Assembly: GCA_018673485.1 (NCBI GenBank)
Contig: JABHCP010000002.1
Coordinates: 1,502 to 65,501, forward strand
Direction: 5' to 3'
DNA from: Candidatus Uhrbacteria bacterium
GTDB lineage: Bacteria; Patescibacteriota; Patescibacteriia; UBA9934
Length of the DNA: 64,000 nt
Shown here: one piece after another, positions 18,392-27,060 of the stretch
Layout of the letters: the number at the start of each line of letters is the position of its first letter
Numbering within the stretch: the first letter of the stretch is position 1
Notes under the pieces: generated by a model
What the model was told of the DNA's origin: nothing
Seen by the model: the letters and a program-made list of their open reading frames with translations, nothing else
Databases searched by the model: none
Program-made: the position numbers and the translations under genes

Positions 18392-21274
18392 ATGACAGAC
18401 AAAAAGCGCGAAACTCATTCTCAAAAAGAGCACAAGATTGCTGATTATTGGGATAAAAACAAATGTTTTGAAAAGTCAGTAGAAAGTCGACCAGAAGGTA
18501 AGCCCTATGTTTTCTATGATGGCCCTCCTTTTGCAACCGGTCTTCCTCATTACGGCCATCTTGTAGGGTCGATAATGAAAGATGTCATTCCGCGTTATTG
18601 GACAATGAAAGGTTTTCGCGTAGAGCGCGTTTGGGGTTGGGACTGTCATGGGCTTCCGGTCGAGAATATTGTCGAGAAGCAACTTAAGCTTGGATCACGC
18701 CAAGATATTGAAAAGTTTGGTGTCGATAAGTTTAACGACAAGTGTCGTAATTGCGTTTTGACGTACGCAGAGGAATGGAAGAAGGTTATTCATCGATTAG
18801 GTCGTTGGATCGATATGGAGAATGCCTACAAGACGATGGATGTTGAGTACATGGAATCCATTTGGTGGGTGTTCAAATCGCTCTGGGACAAAGACATGAT
18901 CTATGAAGGGCGAAAGCCAATGCATATCTGCCCACGTTGCGAGACGGTGCTCTCAAACTTCGAGGTGACACAAGGTTATGAGGACGTAACCGACATTTCT
19001 GTAACTGTGAAGTTGAAACTGACTGATGGAAAGTATAAAGATGCATCACTTTTGGTTTGGACAACAACTCCATGGACTTTACCTGGAAATGTTTTGGCTG
19101 CTGTTGGGGCAGACGTTGATTATGTTGTAGTTCAAGTCGAAGATGAGAAGTTTATTATTGCTGAACCACTCGTGAAAGAGGTTTTGAAGGATGTTGAGTT
19201 TGAGCAGGTTGAAACATTGAAAGGTTCAGATCTTGTTGGCGCGACCTACGAACCAATTTTTCCTTTCTTTAAAGATCATGAAAATGCGTTTCGAGTTGTT
19301 GCGGCTGATTTTGTTACAACTGAGGACGGAACGGGGATCGTGCATATTGCACCTGGGTTTGGAGATGATGACATGCAACTTGGGCTTACGGAAAAGGTTG
19401 ATCCAATCATGCACGTCAATATGGATGGTACTTTTGTGCCTGAGGTTGCAGATCCGTTGCAGGAAGCTGGTTATGAAGTGAAGGATAGGCCAATGAAAGC
19501 AAAGGGCGACACCATGAGTGTTGATATTGAGGTTTTAAAATGGCTTGCACACAACGATAAGCTTTTCAAAAAGAAAAAAGTAGAGCACAGCTACCCGCAT
19601 TGTTGGCGTTGTGACACTCCGCTTTTGAATTACAGTACAAGTTCATGGTTTGTGCGTGTGACTGACATTAAGGAACAGTTAGTGCGAACAAATAAGGAGA
19701 TTAATTGGGTACCAGGGAACTTTAAAGAGGGGAGATTTGGAAAGTGGCTTGAGGGCGCTCGTGATTGGGCAATTTCTCGTTCACGATATTGGGGAACCCC
19801 GCTTCCAGTTTGGCGCGCAGAAGATGGCGAAACACTTTGCGTTGGCTCTAAGGCTGAGCTTGAGGAGCTCTCAGGTAAAAAAGTCGATGATCTGCATAAA
19901 CACATTGTTGATACGGTTGAGATTACGAAGGACGGAAAGGTTTACACGCGCATTCCTGAGGTATTAGACTGTTGGTTTGAATCTGGTTCAATGCCGTATG
20001 CACAATTGCATTATCCGTTTGAAAATAAGCAAAAATTTGAACAAGGGTTCCCGGCTGAGTTTATTGCCGAGGGGCAAGATCAAACGCGTGGTTGGTTTTA
20101 TACCTTGCACGTACTTTCAAATGCGCTTTTCAACATGCCTACATTTAAGAATGTGATTGTGAATGGAATTGTGCTGGCTGAGGACGGGAAGAAGATGTCT
20201 AAGCGTTTGCAGAACTATCCTGATCCAATGGAGGTGATGGATAAGTACGGGGCGGATGCTGTTCGATATTATTTGATGTCGACTCCTGTGGTGCGAGCCG
20301 AGAATTTACGGTTCAGTGAAGAGGGTGTGGTCGAGGTTTCTAAGAAGTTCATCAATATAATGAACAACGTGCTCTCATTTTATAAGTTGTATGCAAAAAA
20401 TGATGATGGACGAGCTCCATCGGGATTAAACGTGCTTGATAACTGGATACTTTCAAGATTGAATCAAACACTCAAAGAGCAAACCGAGGCATTGGACGGT
20501 TATGAACTTTCAATCGCAGCGCGCGTACTGCAGAGCTTTGTTACCGATCTTTCAACCTGGTACGTTCGGCGCTCAAGAGATCGATTTAAGGTTGAGGGTG
20601 AAGACCATGCCGAGGCGCTTGCTACATTGCGAGTGGTGCTCGAGACTTTCGCAAAGATGGTGGCCCCATTCATGCCTTACTTGGGCGAGGAGATTTATCA
20701 GGGAGTAACGGGAGAGTATAAAGATGAAGAGCGATTGAGTGTTCATCTGGAAGACTGGCCTCATATGGATTCGGTTGATGAGGATGTGCTCGAGAAGATG
20801 GGCCAAGCTCGCGCGATCGTTAGCCGAGTGCTTGAAGCTCGTGAAGAGGCAGGACGACCAATCAAGCAGGCATTGGGAGATATGACAGTTTGGACACCAT
20901 CTGGTGAGATCGTTGAAGATTATCAGGCCGTAATTTTGGGAGAGGTGAATGTGAAAGCTATGAAGGTTGAAAAGGGTGAGCTGAAGGTAGAGGTTGATAT
21001 GGAGCTAACGCCTGAGTTAATCCGCGAAGGAATGGCACGCGACATAACTCGTCGAGTGAACCAAATGCGCAAAGAGGCTGGTCTCACAATCAACGATCGG
21101 ATCGAGCTTAGAATGAGCTCAGAGTCCGATGAAGTTAAGAAGCTTTTCAAAGAGCACGCGGATACAATTAAAGATGGCACACTTGCAGATTCGATCGAGT
21201 TCACAAAAGACGAATCAGTAGAACGCAAGCAAGAAGTCCGAATCGCAGAACAAGAAGTTTGGTTGGGGTTCTAG
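18392..21274 (+). CDS. ileS: isoleucyl-tRNA synthetase
   Basis: HYGH (PHYGHLVGS) and KMSKR (KMSKRLQNY) motifs, 960 aa class I synthetase. Confidence 0.95.
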   Translation: MTDKKRETHSQKEHKIADYWDKNKCFEKSVESRPEGKPYVFYDGPPFATGLPHYGHLVGSIMKDVIPRYWTMKGFRVERVWGWDCHGLPVENIVEKQLKLGSRQDIEKFGVDKFNDKCRNCVLTYAEEWKKVIHRLGRWIDMENAYKTMDVEYMESIWWVFKSLWDKDMIYEGRKPMHICPRCETVLSNFEVTQGYEDVTDISVTVKLKLTDGKYKDASLLVWTTTPWTLPGNVLAAVGADVDYVVVQVEDEKFIIAEPLVKEVLKDVEFEQVETLKGSDLVGATYEPIFPFFKDHENAFRVVAADFVTTEDGTGIVHIAPGFGDDDMQLGLTEKVDPIMHVNMDGTFVPEVADPLQEAGYEVKDRPMKAKGDTMSVDIEVLKWLAHNDKLFKKKKVEHSYPHCWRCDTPLLNYSTSSWFVRVTDIKEQLVRTNKEINWVPGNFKEGRFGKWLEGARDWAISRSRYWGTPLPVWRAEDGETLCVGSKAELEELSGKKVDDLHKHIVDTVEITKDGKVYTRIPEVLDCWFESGSMPYAQLHYPFENKQKFEQGFPAEFIAEGQDQTRGWFYTLHVLSNALFNMPTFKNVIVNGIVLAEDGKKMSKRLQNYPDPMEVMDKYGADAVRYYLMSTPVVRAENLRFSEEGVVEVSKKFINIMNNVLSFYKLYAKNDDGRAPSGLNVLDNWILSRLNQTLKEQTEALDGYELSIAARVLQSFVTDLSTWYVRRSRDRFKVEGEDHAEALATLRVVLETFAKMVAPFMPYLGEEIYQGVTGEYKDEERLSVHLEDWPHMDSVDEDVLEKMGQARAIVSRVLEAREEAGRPIKQALGDMTVWTPSGEIVEDYQAVILGEVNVKAMKVEKGELKVEVDMELTPELIREGMARDITRRVNQMRKEAGLTINDRIELRMSSESDEVKKLFKEHADTIKDGTLADSIEFTKDESVERKQEVRIAEQEVWLGF

Positions 21275-21300
21275 GTTGAATTATCATTATTAGTTGTGAA

Positions 21301-21338
21301 AACGTATAATGTCCCGATCGGGACATTATACGTTTTGT
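21301..21338. terminator. 17 bp perfect palindromic hairpin aaaacgtataatgtccc-gatc-gggacattatacgtttt (ileS terminator)
   Basis: Perfect stem, 4 nt loop, immediately 3' of ileS. Confidence 0.65.
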
Positions 21339-21358
21339 GAAAGAGGTTTTATTTTATA

Positions 21359-21423
21359 AGCTTAGCCAAAACAGCTTAGCCATTTGGGCTAAGCCTGAAT
21401 GGCTAAGCTGTTTTGGCTAAGCT
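21359..21423. promoter_or_regulatory. iteron-like inverted repeat: four copies of AGCTTAGCC in 25 bp perfect inverted arms overlapping the -35 of the downstream gene
   Basis: agcttagccaaaacagcttagccat ... atggctaagctgttttggctaagct; a TAAAAT -10 lies 16 nt after TTGGCT. Confidence 0.55.
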
Positions 21424-21448
21424 CAAATTTGTTGTAAAATACCCATAT

Positions 21449-22282
21449 ATGAATAATGAACATACAGTTTTAGTCTGCCCGCGTAATGATGAGGAGTCAT
21501 TGCAGATTATTAAGATTGCAAAAGAGTTGCGGATTCCGATGATTGTGTCAGAGCAGGGGCATGGGGCTGTGCTTGAGAATGAGAAGGATTTGATCGAGTC
21601 TATTAAGTTGGTTGATTCGGCTGCATCTGCGGTGGCGATTGTGGAGATACCGGGGGTTGAGGTTGAGCAGGAGCTTCAAAAGGCAGGTTTCGAGGTGCAT
21701 ATTATCGATCATCATCGGTATAACGATCTTGATCGGCTTAATGATCAGAGCTCGCTGGAGCAATTCCTTGATTTGTATGAGATTGATGATGATGAACTTA
21801 AAGACGCTGGGTTTGATTTGGTGTTGATAAGGGCGGTGGCTGCTGTTGATCGGGGATTTTTGTGGGAGTTGCAGAAGATTGGGCTTTCAGACGAGGATCA
21901 GAAGCGTGCCATTCAATATATTAAAGAACTCGCTTATGAATTGGGGCGCAAGGAGCGTAAGCAAGAGGAGAAGGCAGCGCGTAAGGCCTGGGAGGGTCGT
22001 CGCGAGCAGGGTGGATTTTTGATAATTGAAAGCGAGGATGATGACATGGATATTCGCGATGCAGTTTCGTATTTTATTTTTGATGAATACGGAAAGCCAA
22101 CGCCTGCGATCATCAAACAAGGTAATCGCAAGCTATATGTGCAGGAGACTGACAAGGCAAAAGATCTGATCGGAAAGTATAAGGGGTTTCTTTTTGGTGG
22201 TGGAGGTTGTTGGGGGATGCTATCTCCACGCGATGGGCGGTTAGCTGAGATTGATGAGTTGATTGAAATTTTGCATAAATAA
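21449..22282 (+). CDS. hypothetical protein
   Basis: Start placed at MNNEHTVLV (21449) because the upstream ATG at 21413 lies inside the inverted repeat. Confidence 0.5.
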   Translation: MNNEHTVLVCPRNDEESLQIIKIAKELRIPMIVSEQGHGAVLENEKDLIESIKLVDSAASAVAIVEIPGVEVEQELQKAGFEVHIIDHHRYNDLDRLNDQSSLEQFLDLYEIDDDELKDAGFDLVLIRAVAAVDRGFLWELQKIGLSDEDQKRAIQYIKELAYELGRKERKQEEKAARKAWEGRREQGGFLIIESEDDDMDIRDAVSYFIFDEYGKPTPAIIKQGNRKLYVQETDKAKDLIGKYKGFLFGGGGCWGMLSPRDGRLAEIDELIEILHK

Positions 22283-22395
22283 ACCATCCAGAGGAGCCTA
22301 AAGGCGACGAAGGATCCCGTGCGTAGCCGATCTAACGTAGACGTAAACATCGGGACTCCTCGCAGGACCCTGAGTGGGTGGTAGAAGCAGGCCCC
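22283..22395. repeat. hairpin repeat module (family D copy 2)
   Basis: ggatcccgtgcgtagccgatctaacgt core shared with 10290-10320. Confidence 0.55.
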
Positions 22396-22741
22396 TAAGG
22401 GCTTGTTTTGTTTTGGGTAATTTGTTATTATTTTGCAGCTGCGTACATTCGGTGCGTACAAACTTCATCTTTTGAGGCTGCCATGAGCGACAACTTCCTG
22501 ATCATCTTCATTTAGTCGCCCTCGCGCGACACACTTACGCAACACTGACCGTTTCTATATTGGTCAGTCTACGCCCGGTCTTCTTGATCTGGGCGTTTGT
22601 GGTTTTGCGAAATATAGAACCCAGACGAGATACTTAAGTCCCCCTCCTTTTTAAGGAGGGGTTAGGGGTGGTTATAAGATAGTTTCAATATCTGTGTTCT
22701 GTAGTCTGGGTTCTGTCTTCTGCATGTTGTATACTGTAATC

Positions 22742-23935
22742 ATGTTCGATAAAATCGAAAATAAGAAACGAAAGGAGACGTATCCATTTTTGGAATGGAT
22801 GGATCGTTTTGTGCTTACTGAGGAGAATTTGCGACAAGCAAGAGACGTTATGTATGAGCTTGAAGCTCAAGTGAGCGAGCTCTCACAGGTTCATAGGACT
22901 CCACAGTCAGCAAACCATCACGCAGAAGGTCCGATGATGACCAATCATATCGAGAATATGATTGCTGGTATTTTTGCGATTTGTGAAGGTAAGGTCTCAC
23001 TATCGCAAATTGAAGAATTTGCCCGCGAGAAGCATTTTAAAAATGAAATCGCAGAGTTGGAAGACGTAATTTGTGAAAATGCGGCAACGCTTAAGGCGTT
23101 TACGATGCTTCACGACATTGCCAAGTACGATACAATTTCGTTTAGCTCACCAGCGGGGTCAAAGGGTGCCGCTGAGGGTTTTTCCAAAGATTCACGACTG
23201 GATAAGAGCGCTTTAATCGATCGATATTTGAAATTGCTCAATGCATTTAAAGTTGATCTTCCTGATCTTGATTCTCGGCAAGTAGCGATAGACTTTTATA
23301 AAGAGTTTGAGATTAAGGTTCACTACAAGGGGCATGCAAAAGTTGCTGTATCGGATAAATATGAAGAAGTGCGCAATACCGTTGAAGATTTGTGTAGGTT
23401 AACTGCACGTGACCGCGAGATTTTAGCGCTTACAATCAAGTATCACATTGAGGTGATGGATTTTATTGGTGATAAACCTGATGGAGCTCGCTATTCATAT
23501 TTGCAACGCGTAGGGCAAAGGTCAGGAATCGATGGAAATGATTTATTAGATGTCCAAACCGCGGCCCTATTGCTCGATGCATTAATTGGAAGTATTGGAT
23601 ATCAGGATGGTGCGCTTGTGCCTGACATAGAGCTTGTATTGAACATGTTGCGTTCCGAGGAGCTTGCGGTTGTAGAGCGAAGACATGCGAGGGTCAAAAA
23701 GATCGAGAATAAAAAGCAAAGTGAGTTTAAGAAAATGTTAGAGAGCGTTGGGCTTGGCGGTGGTGATGTTTTTAAACTGTTAGATATTCCATTTGGCCCA
23801 GGGCGTGCTGGTATCATCGATAAGGTGCAAAATGCCGTCAAGACAGGTGATTTGTCTGAGCTGGGAGAGTATAAAGATAAGCTGTATTCCAAGGTTCAGC
23901 AGGCGCATTTGCTGTATGCCACCTCGATGGAGTAA
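22742..23935 (+). CDS. HD-domain hypothetical protein
   Basis: ANHHAEG ... TMLHDIAKYD ... HYKGHAK ... D pattern of HD phosphohydrolases; start moved to MFDKIENKK because the upstream portion overlaps a repeat element. Confidence 0.55.
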   Translation: MFDKIENKKRKETYPFLEWMDRFVLTEENLRQARDVMYELEAQVSELSQVHRTPQSANHHAEGPMMTNHIENMIAGIFAICEGKVSLSQIEEFAREKHFKNEIAELEDVICENAATLKAFTMLHDIAKYDTISFSSPAGSKGAAEGFSKDSRLDKSALIDRYLKLLNAFKVDLPDLDSRQVAIDFYKEFEIKVHYKGHAKVAVSDKYEEVRNTVEDLCRLTARDREILALTIKYHIEVMDFIGDKPDGARYSYLQRVGQRSGIDGNDLLDVQTAALLLDALIGSIGYQDGALVPDIELVLNMLRSEELAVVERRHARVKKIENKKQSEFKKMLESVGLGGGDVFKLLDIPFGPGRAGIIDKVQNAVKTGDLSELGEYKDKLYSKVQQAHLLYATSME

Positions 23936-23953
23936 GATGTCCTTACTTACCCT

Positions 23954-24080
23954 GTCATTCCCGACTCCGATCGGGAATCCATCGTTTATCAAATTCGACG
24001 AACTCACAGTAATGATGGGTCCCCCGCCTACCGGCAGGCAGGCTGCTTTCGACCCGTCTGACGGGTTTCGCAGGGATGAC
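23954..24080. repeat. compound hairpin repeat element (family A copy 3, with extra internal hairpins)
   Basis: gtcattcccgactccgatcgggaatccatcgtttatcaaat ... atgatgggtcc ... gcagggatgac. Confidence 0.65.
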
Positions 24081-24092
24081 ACATGAACAATT

Positions 24093-24635
24093 ATGATTGC
24101 ATATTTAGAAGGAACAATCCGATCAGTGGCGCTCGACACGTGCGTTGTTTTTGTGAGTGGTGTTGGTTATAGAGTTTTTTATATGGGTTGTTCACCACAG
24201 ATTGGTGAGCTCGTGAGCTGGCATATTTATGATCATATTCGTGAAGATAGAAGAGAGTTGTTTGCTGCACCGGAGCTATCGATACTGGATTTATTTCAGA
24301 AGCTAATTGACATTAGCGGCGTTGGACCACGTTTAGCGCAGAAGATTCTTGTTTCGGCTAATCCTGAGCAGATTCAAGATAGGATCCTAAAGGAGGACCT
24401 AGCATTTCTTACAAGTATTTCAGGAGTCGGTAAGAAGACAGCTCAAAAGATCATTCTTGAGTTCAAGGGCGTTTTGGTAAAAGAAGATGCTGTTCATGAG
24501 GATGATACTAACGTGATCGAGGCGCTTGTTAGTTTGGGCTACGCTCGCCGTGAGGCAATCGAGATATCGCGACAAGTTGAGGGCGAGACAATCGAGGATA
24601 AGATACGCCACGCATTAAAGATGTTTTCAAATTAA
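24093..24635 (+). CDS. ruvA: Holliday junction DNA helicase RuvA
   Basis: MIAYLEGTI start, HhH region ISGVGPRLAQKIL. Confidence 0.9.
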   Translation: MIAYLEGTIRSVALDTCVVFVSGVGYRVFYMGCSPQIGELVSWHIYDHIREDRRELFAAPELSILDLFQKLIDISGVGPRLAQKILVSANPEQIQDRILKEDLAFLTSISGVGKKTAQKIILEFKGVLVKEDAVHEDDTNVIEALVSLGYARREAIEISRQVEGETIEDKIRHALKMFSN

Positions 24636-24637
24636 TT

Positions 24638-25585
24638 ATGGATCGTAGAGCTTGGAACAAAGCAGTCGAGAATCACGCCCCGCGTTTTGGCGGATTTTTG
24701 CATTCCTGGCAATGGGGAGAGTTTCAGCGATCATTAGGACGCGTGGTTGAGCGTGTCCATCGAGAGGATGAACAGGGCGTAACATTAGCTCAAGCAGTTA
24801 AAATGCCATTGCCACTCGGACAGTATTATTGGTACATACCAAAGGGACCGATCGGATCAGCATCGGTTGATCATAAGATCGAGGTGCTACGTCAAGAACT
24901 TCCCGATGCGATGTTCTCACGGCTCGAACCAGTTGAGAATCCAGGTTTGCAAAAAGTTAATGACATGCAACCTTCGACGACTACCATTTTGGATTTAACA
25001 AAGGGGCGAGATGAGATTTTTAACAATCTCAAATCAAAAACTCGCTACAATATTCGTTTAGCAGAGCGCAAGGGTGTGGTTCCAAAGATTGTAAACATGC
25101 AGCGATTTGATGATTTTGTTAGATTACTTGAACAAACGACAACTCGTGATAAGTTCTCAGCACATCCAGAAGCTTATTATCGCGCAATGCTTGATGTGAT
25201 GAAGAATGATGGAGCTGAGGCTTATTTGGCAGTTGGTTTTTATGAGGAGCGTGTGATTTGCGCGAATATTATGATTGACTTTGCTGGCGTGCGAACATAC
25301 TTGCATGGCGCGTCGAGCAATTTGCATCGCAATGTTATGGCACCATATTTATTGCATTGGTATTTAATTGAGGATGCTATTCGACAGGGAATGCATACGT
25401 TTGATTTTTGGGGTATCGCGCCTGAAGGTTCTGGGCCAAAGCATCCATGGGCTGGGATTACTAGATACAAAAAAGGATTCAACGGTGAAATAGTCACGCA
25501 CCCCGGAACATTTGATTTGCAGATGAAGCACATGTGGTACGGAGCATATCGTGCCATGAGGGGTGTGAGAAGGTTTAAGATTTGA
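24638..25585 (+). CDS. FemAB-family peptidoglycan bridge aminoacyltransferase-like protein
   Basis: N-terminal FLHSWQWGEF resembles the FemX/FemAB N-terminus; size fits. Confidence 0.6.
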   Translation: MDRRAWNKAVENHAPRFGGFLHSWQWGEFQRSLGRVVERVHREDEQGVTLAQAVKMPLPLGQYYWYIPKGPIGSASVDHKIEVLRQELPDAMFSRLEPVENPGLQKVNDMQPSTTTILDLTKGRDEIFNNLKSKTRYNIRLAERKGVVPKIVNMQRFDDFVRLLEQTTTRDKFSAHPEAYYRAMLDVMKNDGAEAYLAVGFYEERVICANIMIDFAGVRTYLHGASSNLHRNVMAPYLLHWYLIEDAIRQGMHTFDFWGIAPEGSGPKHPWAGITRYKKGFNGEIVTHPGTFDLQMKHMWYGAYRAMRGVRRFKI

Positions 25586-25699
25586 TTCATTTGTCATCCA
25601 ATAGTTGTTATTCTGAGGTCGAAGACCAAAGAGTCCACTAGTAGATCCTTCGCAGAGCCTCAGGATGACAGAGGGGATAAATAAGACCTATAGGGCATG

Positions 25700-27050
25700 T
25701 AAGTTCTGTAGGTTTTTTTTGTTTGGAAAGTGCAGAACCCCGGCTACCACGTTCAGAAGTGTGGTAGTCGGGGTTCACGGGTGGGCCGTCGGAATCGAGT
25801 CCGTCGGTGTTGGCGATTTGGATCTTCTCGATGATCCTCCTCTTAGTTGTGGTTCATCGGGGGGGGTGACGGCGGAGACGATCGGCGCCGTCGGACTTTT
25901 GGGCCATAGAATACCTGTACCCAAGGCCTAGGCTGGCTTTTACCTTTTGCAAGGTGACCTGTTCCACGGGTCGGCTCCTAGCGTATGGAAGGACGTTTGG
26001 GTTCCTGTCCGGGGAGTCGCCTTTTTGGGGGCGGCTCGGGCGGTCACAGCCGAAGCTGAGCCATACGATCCTGCTGGAACGTCGATGTCTGAAGTCGCAC
26101 ATTCGCTCATCCAGAACTAAAGAATAATGCCATAATTTTGAGCTTTTGTCAAGCCTAAAGCACAAAAAGGCCTTGAAAGCCTTTTATTTACAAAGAAAAC
26201 GTCCGGCACGCTTGGCGCCGGACAGTGTGGGGATAGAACCCACTCGGAGGATTGTGGTTTGGCTCTGCGCGCTGATGTTTCTCCTCGTGACTCGAGCATT
26301 CTATAGGGGTGGAGTTGTTAATTCCAGATTCCTCTAAAGAGCACTGTCATAGTCACATCAGCAGAGCCTAGTGATCGTCTCGACACCTCTGGGGTACGTT
26401 GGCCTCGGAGTCGGGGGTGTCCTCGCGGGCGGTGGCGACGGAGGTCGCCACCGGGGGGCCGTTGCAACGCTGCATCGGATCTCCGGTTGGGGGTTTTGAG
26501 GGTTCAGGGGTTTGGTGGCTCGGACGTTCGATGGTCCGGGCTAGGCACCCTGTCCTCTGGGCTGTCCGAAGCCTGGTGGCTCCGGGGCGGTCGGTTCTGT
26601 GGCAGCCGGGTAGGGCTACCAGGTCAACGCTCCTGCTGGGCAGGAGAGCGGATCGCGGTCAGGACGAGGTCAAGCCTGGTCGTGAAAGCGGTCGGCAGGA
26701 GTAGAATAGCAGATATGGGGGATGTGTCAAGGCCGAGATGAGCCAGGGGGCACTTCGTCCCCCTGTAACCCCCAGACATACTTTCTTTGTTGGCTCAAAG
26801 AAAGTATGCAAAGAAAAAGCCTTTTCAGAGTGTTCCACGGCCGTAAAGAATGATGCGGCCTGCAGTCAATGTTTTTGGGTGACTATGAGTGGACTGATTG
26901 CCAGTTCGGTCGGCAGGCTCCCTCTCAGACGGGGTTGTCTGACAATGGGTGAACGGGGGCTGGCTGCTGAAACATTGCCGGGGGACTGAGGTGAGATTGA
27001 AAATGCAAAAGAACCGAGCGGTACCCGGTTCTTCAGCATAGTTTTAGGTT
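25700..27050. other. GC-rich (about 60%) non-coding, hairpin-dense segment; candidate large structured RNA or degenerate foreign insert
   Basis: No frame gives a credible protein (only R/G/A-rich short ORFs); many strong hairpins (25734-25775, 26165-26190, 26195-26225, 26770-26805, 27010-27040). Confidence 0.4.
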
Positions 27051-27060
27051 TGTTTTTTTG

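Noticed and set aside
21413-21448. Annotated ORF start MAKLKFVVKYPY for the 21413-22282 ORF
   Set aside because: This stretch is encoded by the right arm of the AGCTTAGCC inverted repeat. A TAAAAT -10 box sits at 21432-21437, so the ATG at 21449 is more plausible.
21934-22461. 175 aa minus-strand ORF
   Set aside because: It overlaps the 3' end of the plus-strand gene and a repeat module. Its translation is low-complexity R/L/S-rich.
25665-26990. Short ORFs (60-103 aa) within the GC-rich block
   Set aside because: All are R/G/A/P-rich translations with no start context, as expected from random 60% GC sequence.
25700-27050. RNase P RNA or tmRNA in the GC-rich non-coding block
   Set aside because: It has partial resemblances (AAAGTCCG-like and GGTTCTGT strings, and a cggac-gttcgatg-gtccg T-arm-like hairpin next to a CCACCA-compatible string). 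These do not assemble into P4 pairing or a proper tRNA-like domain. The genuine RNase P RNA is at 37755-38185.
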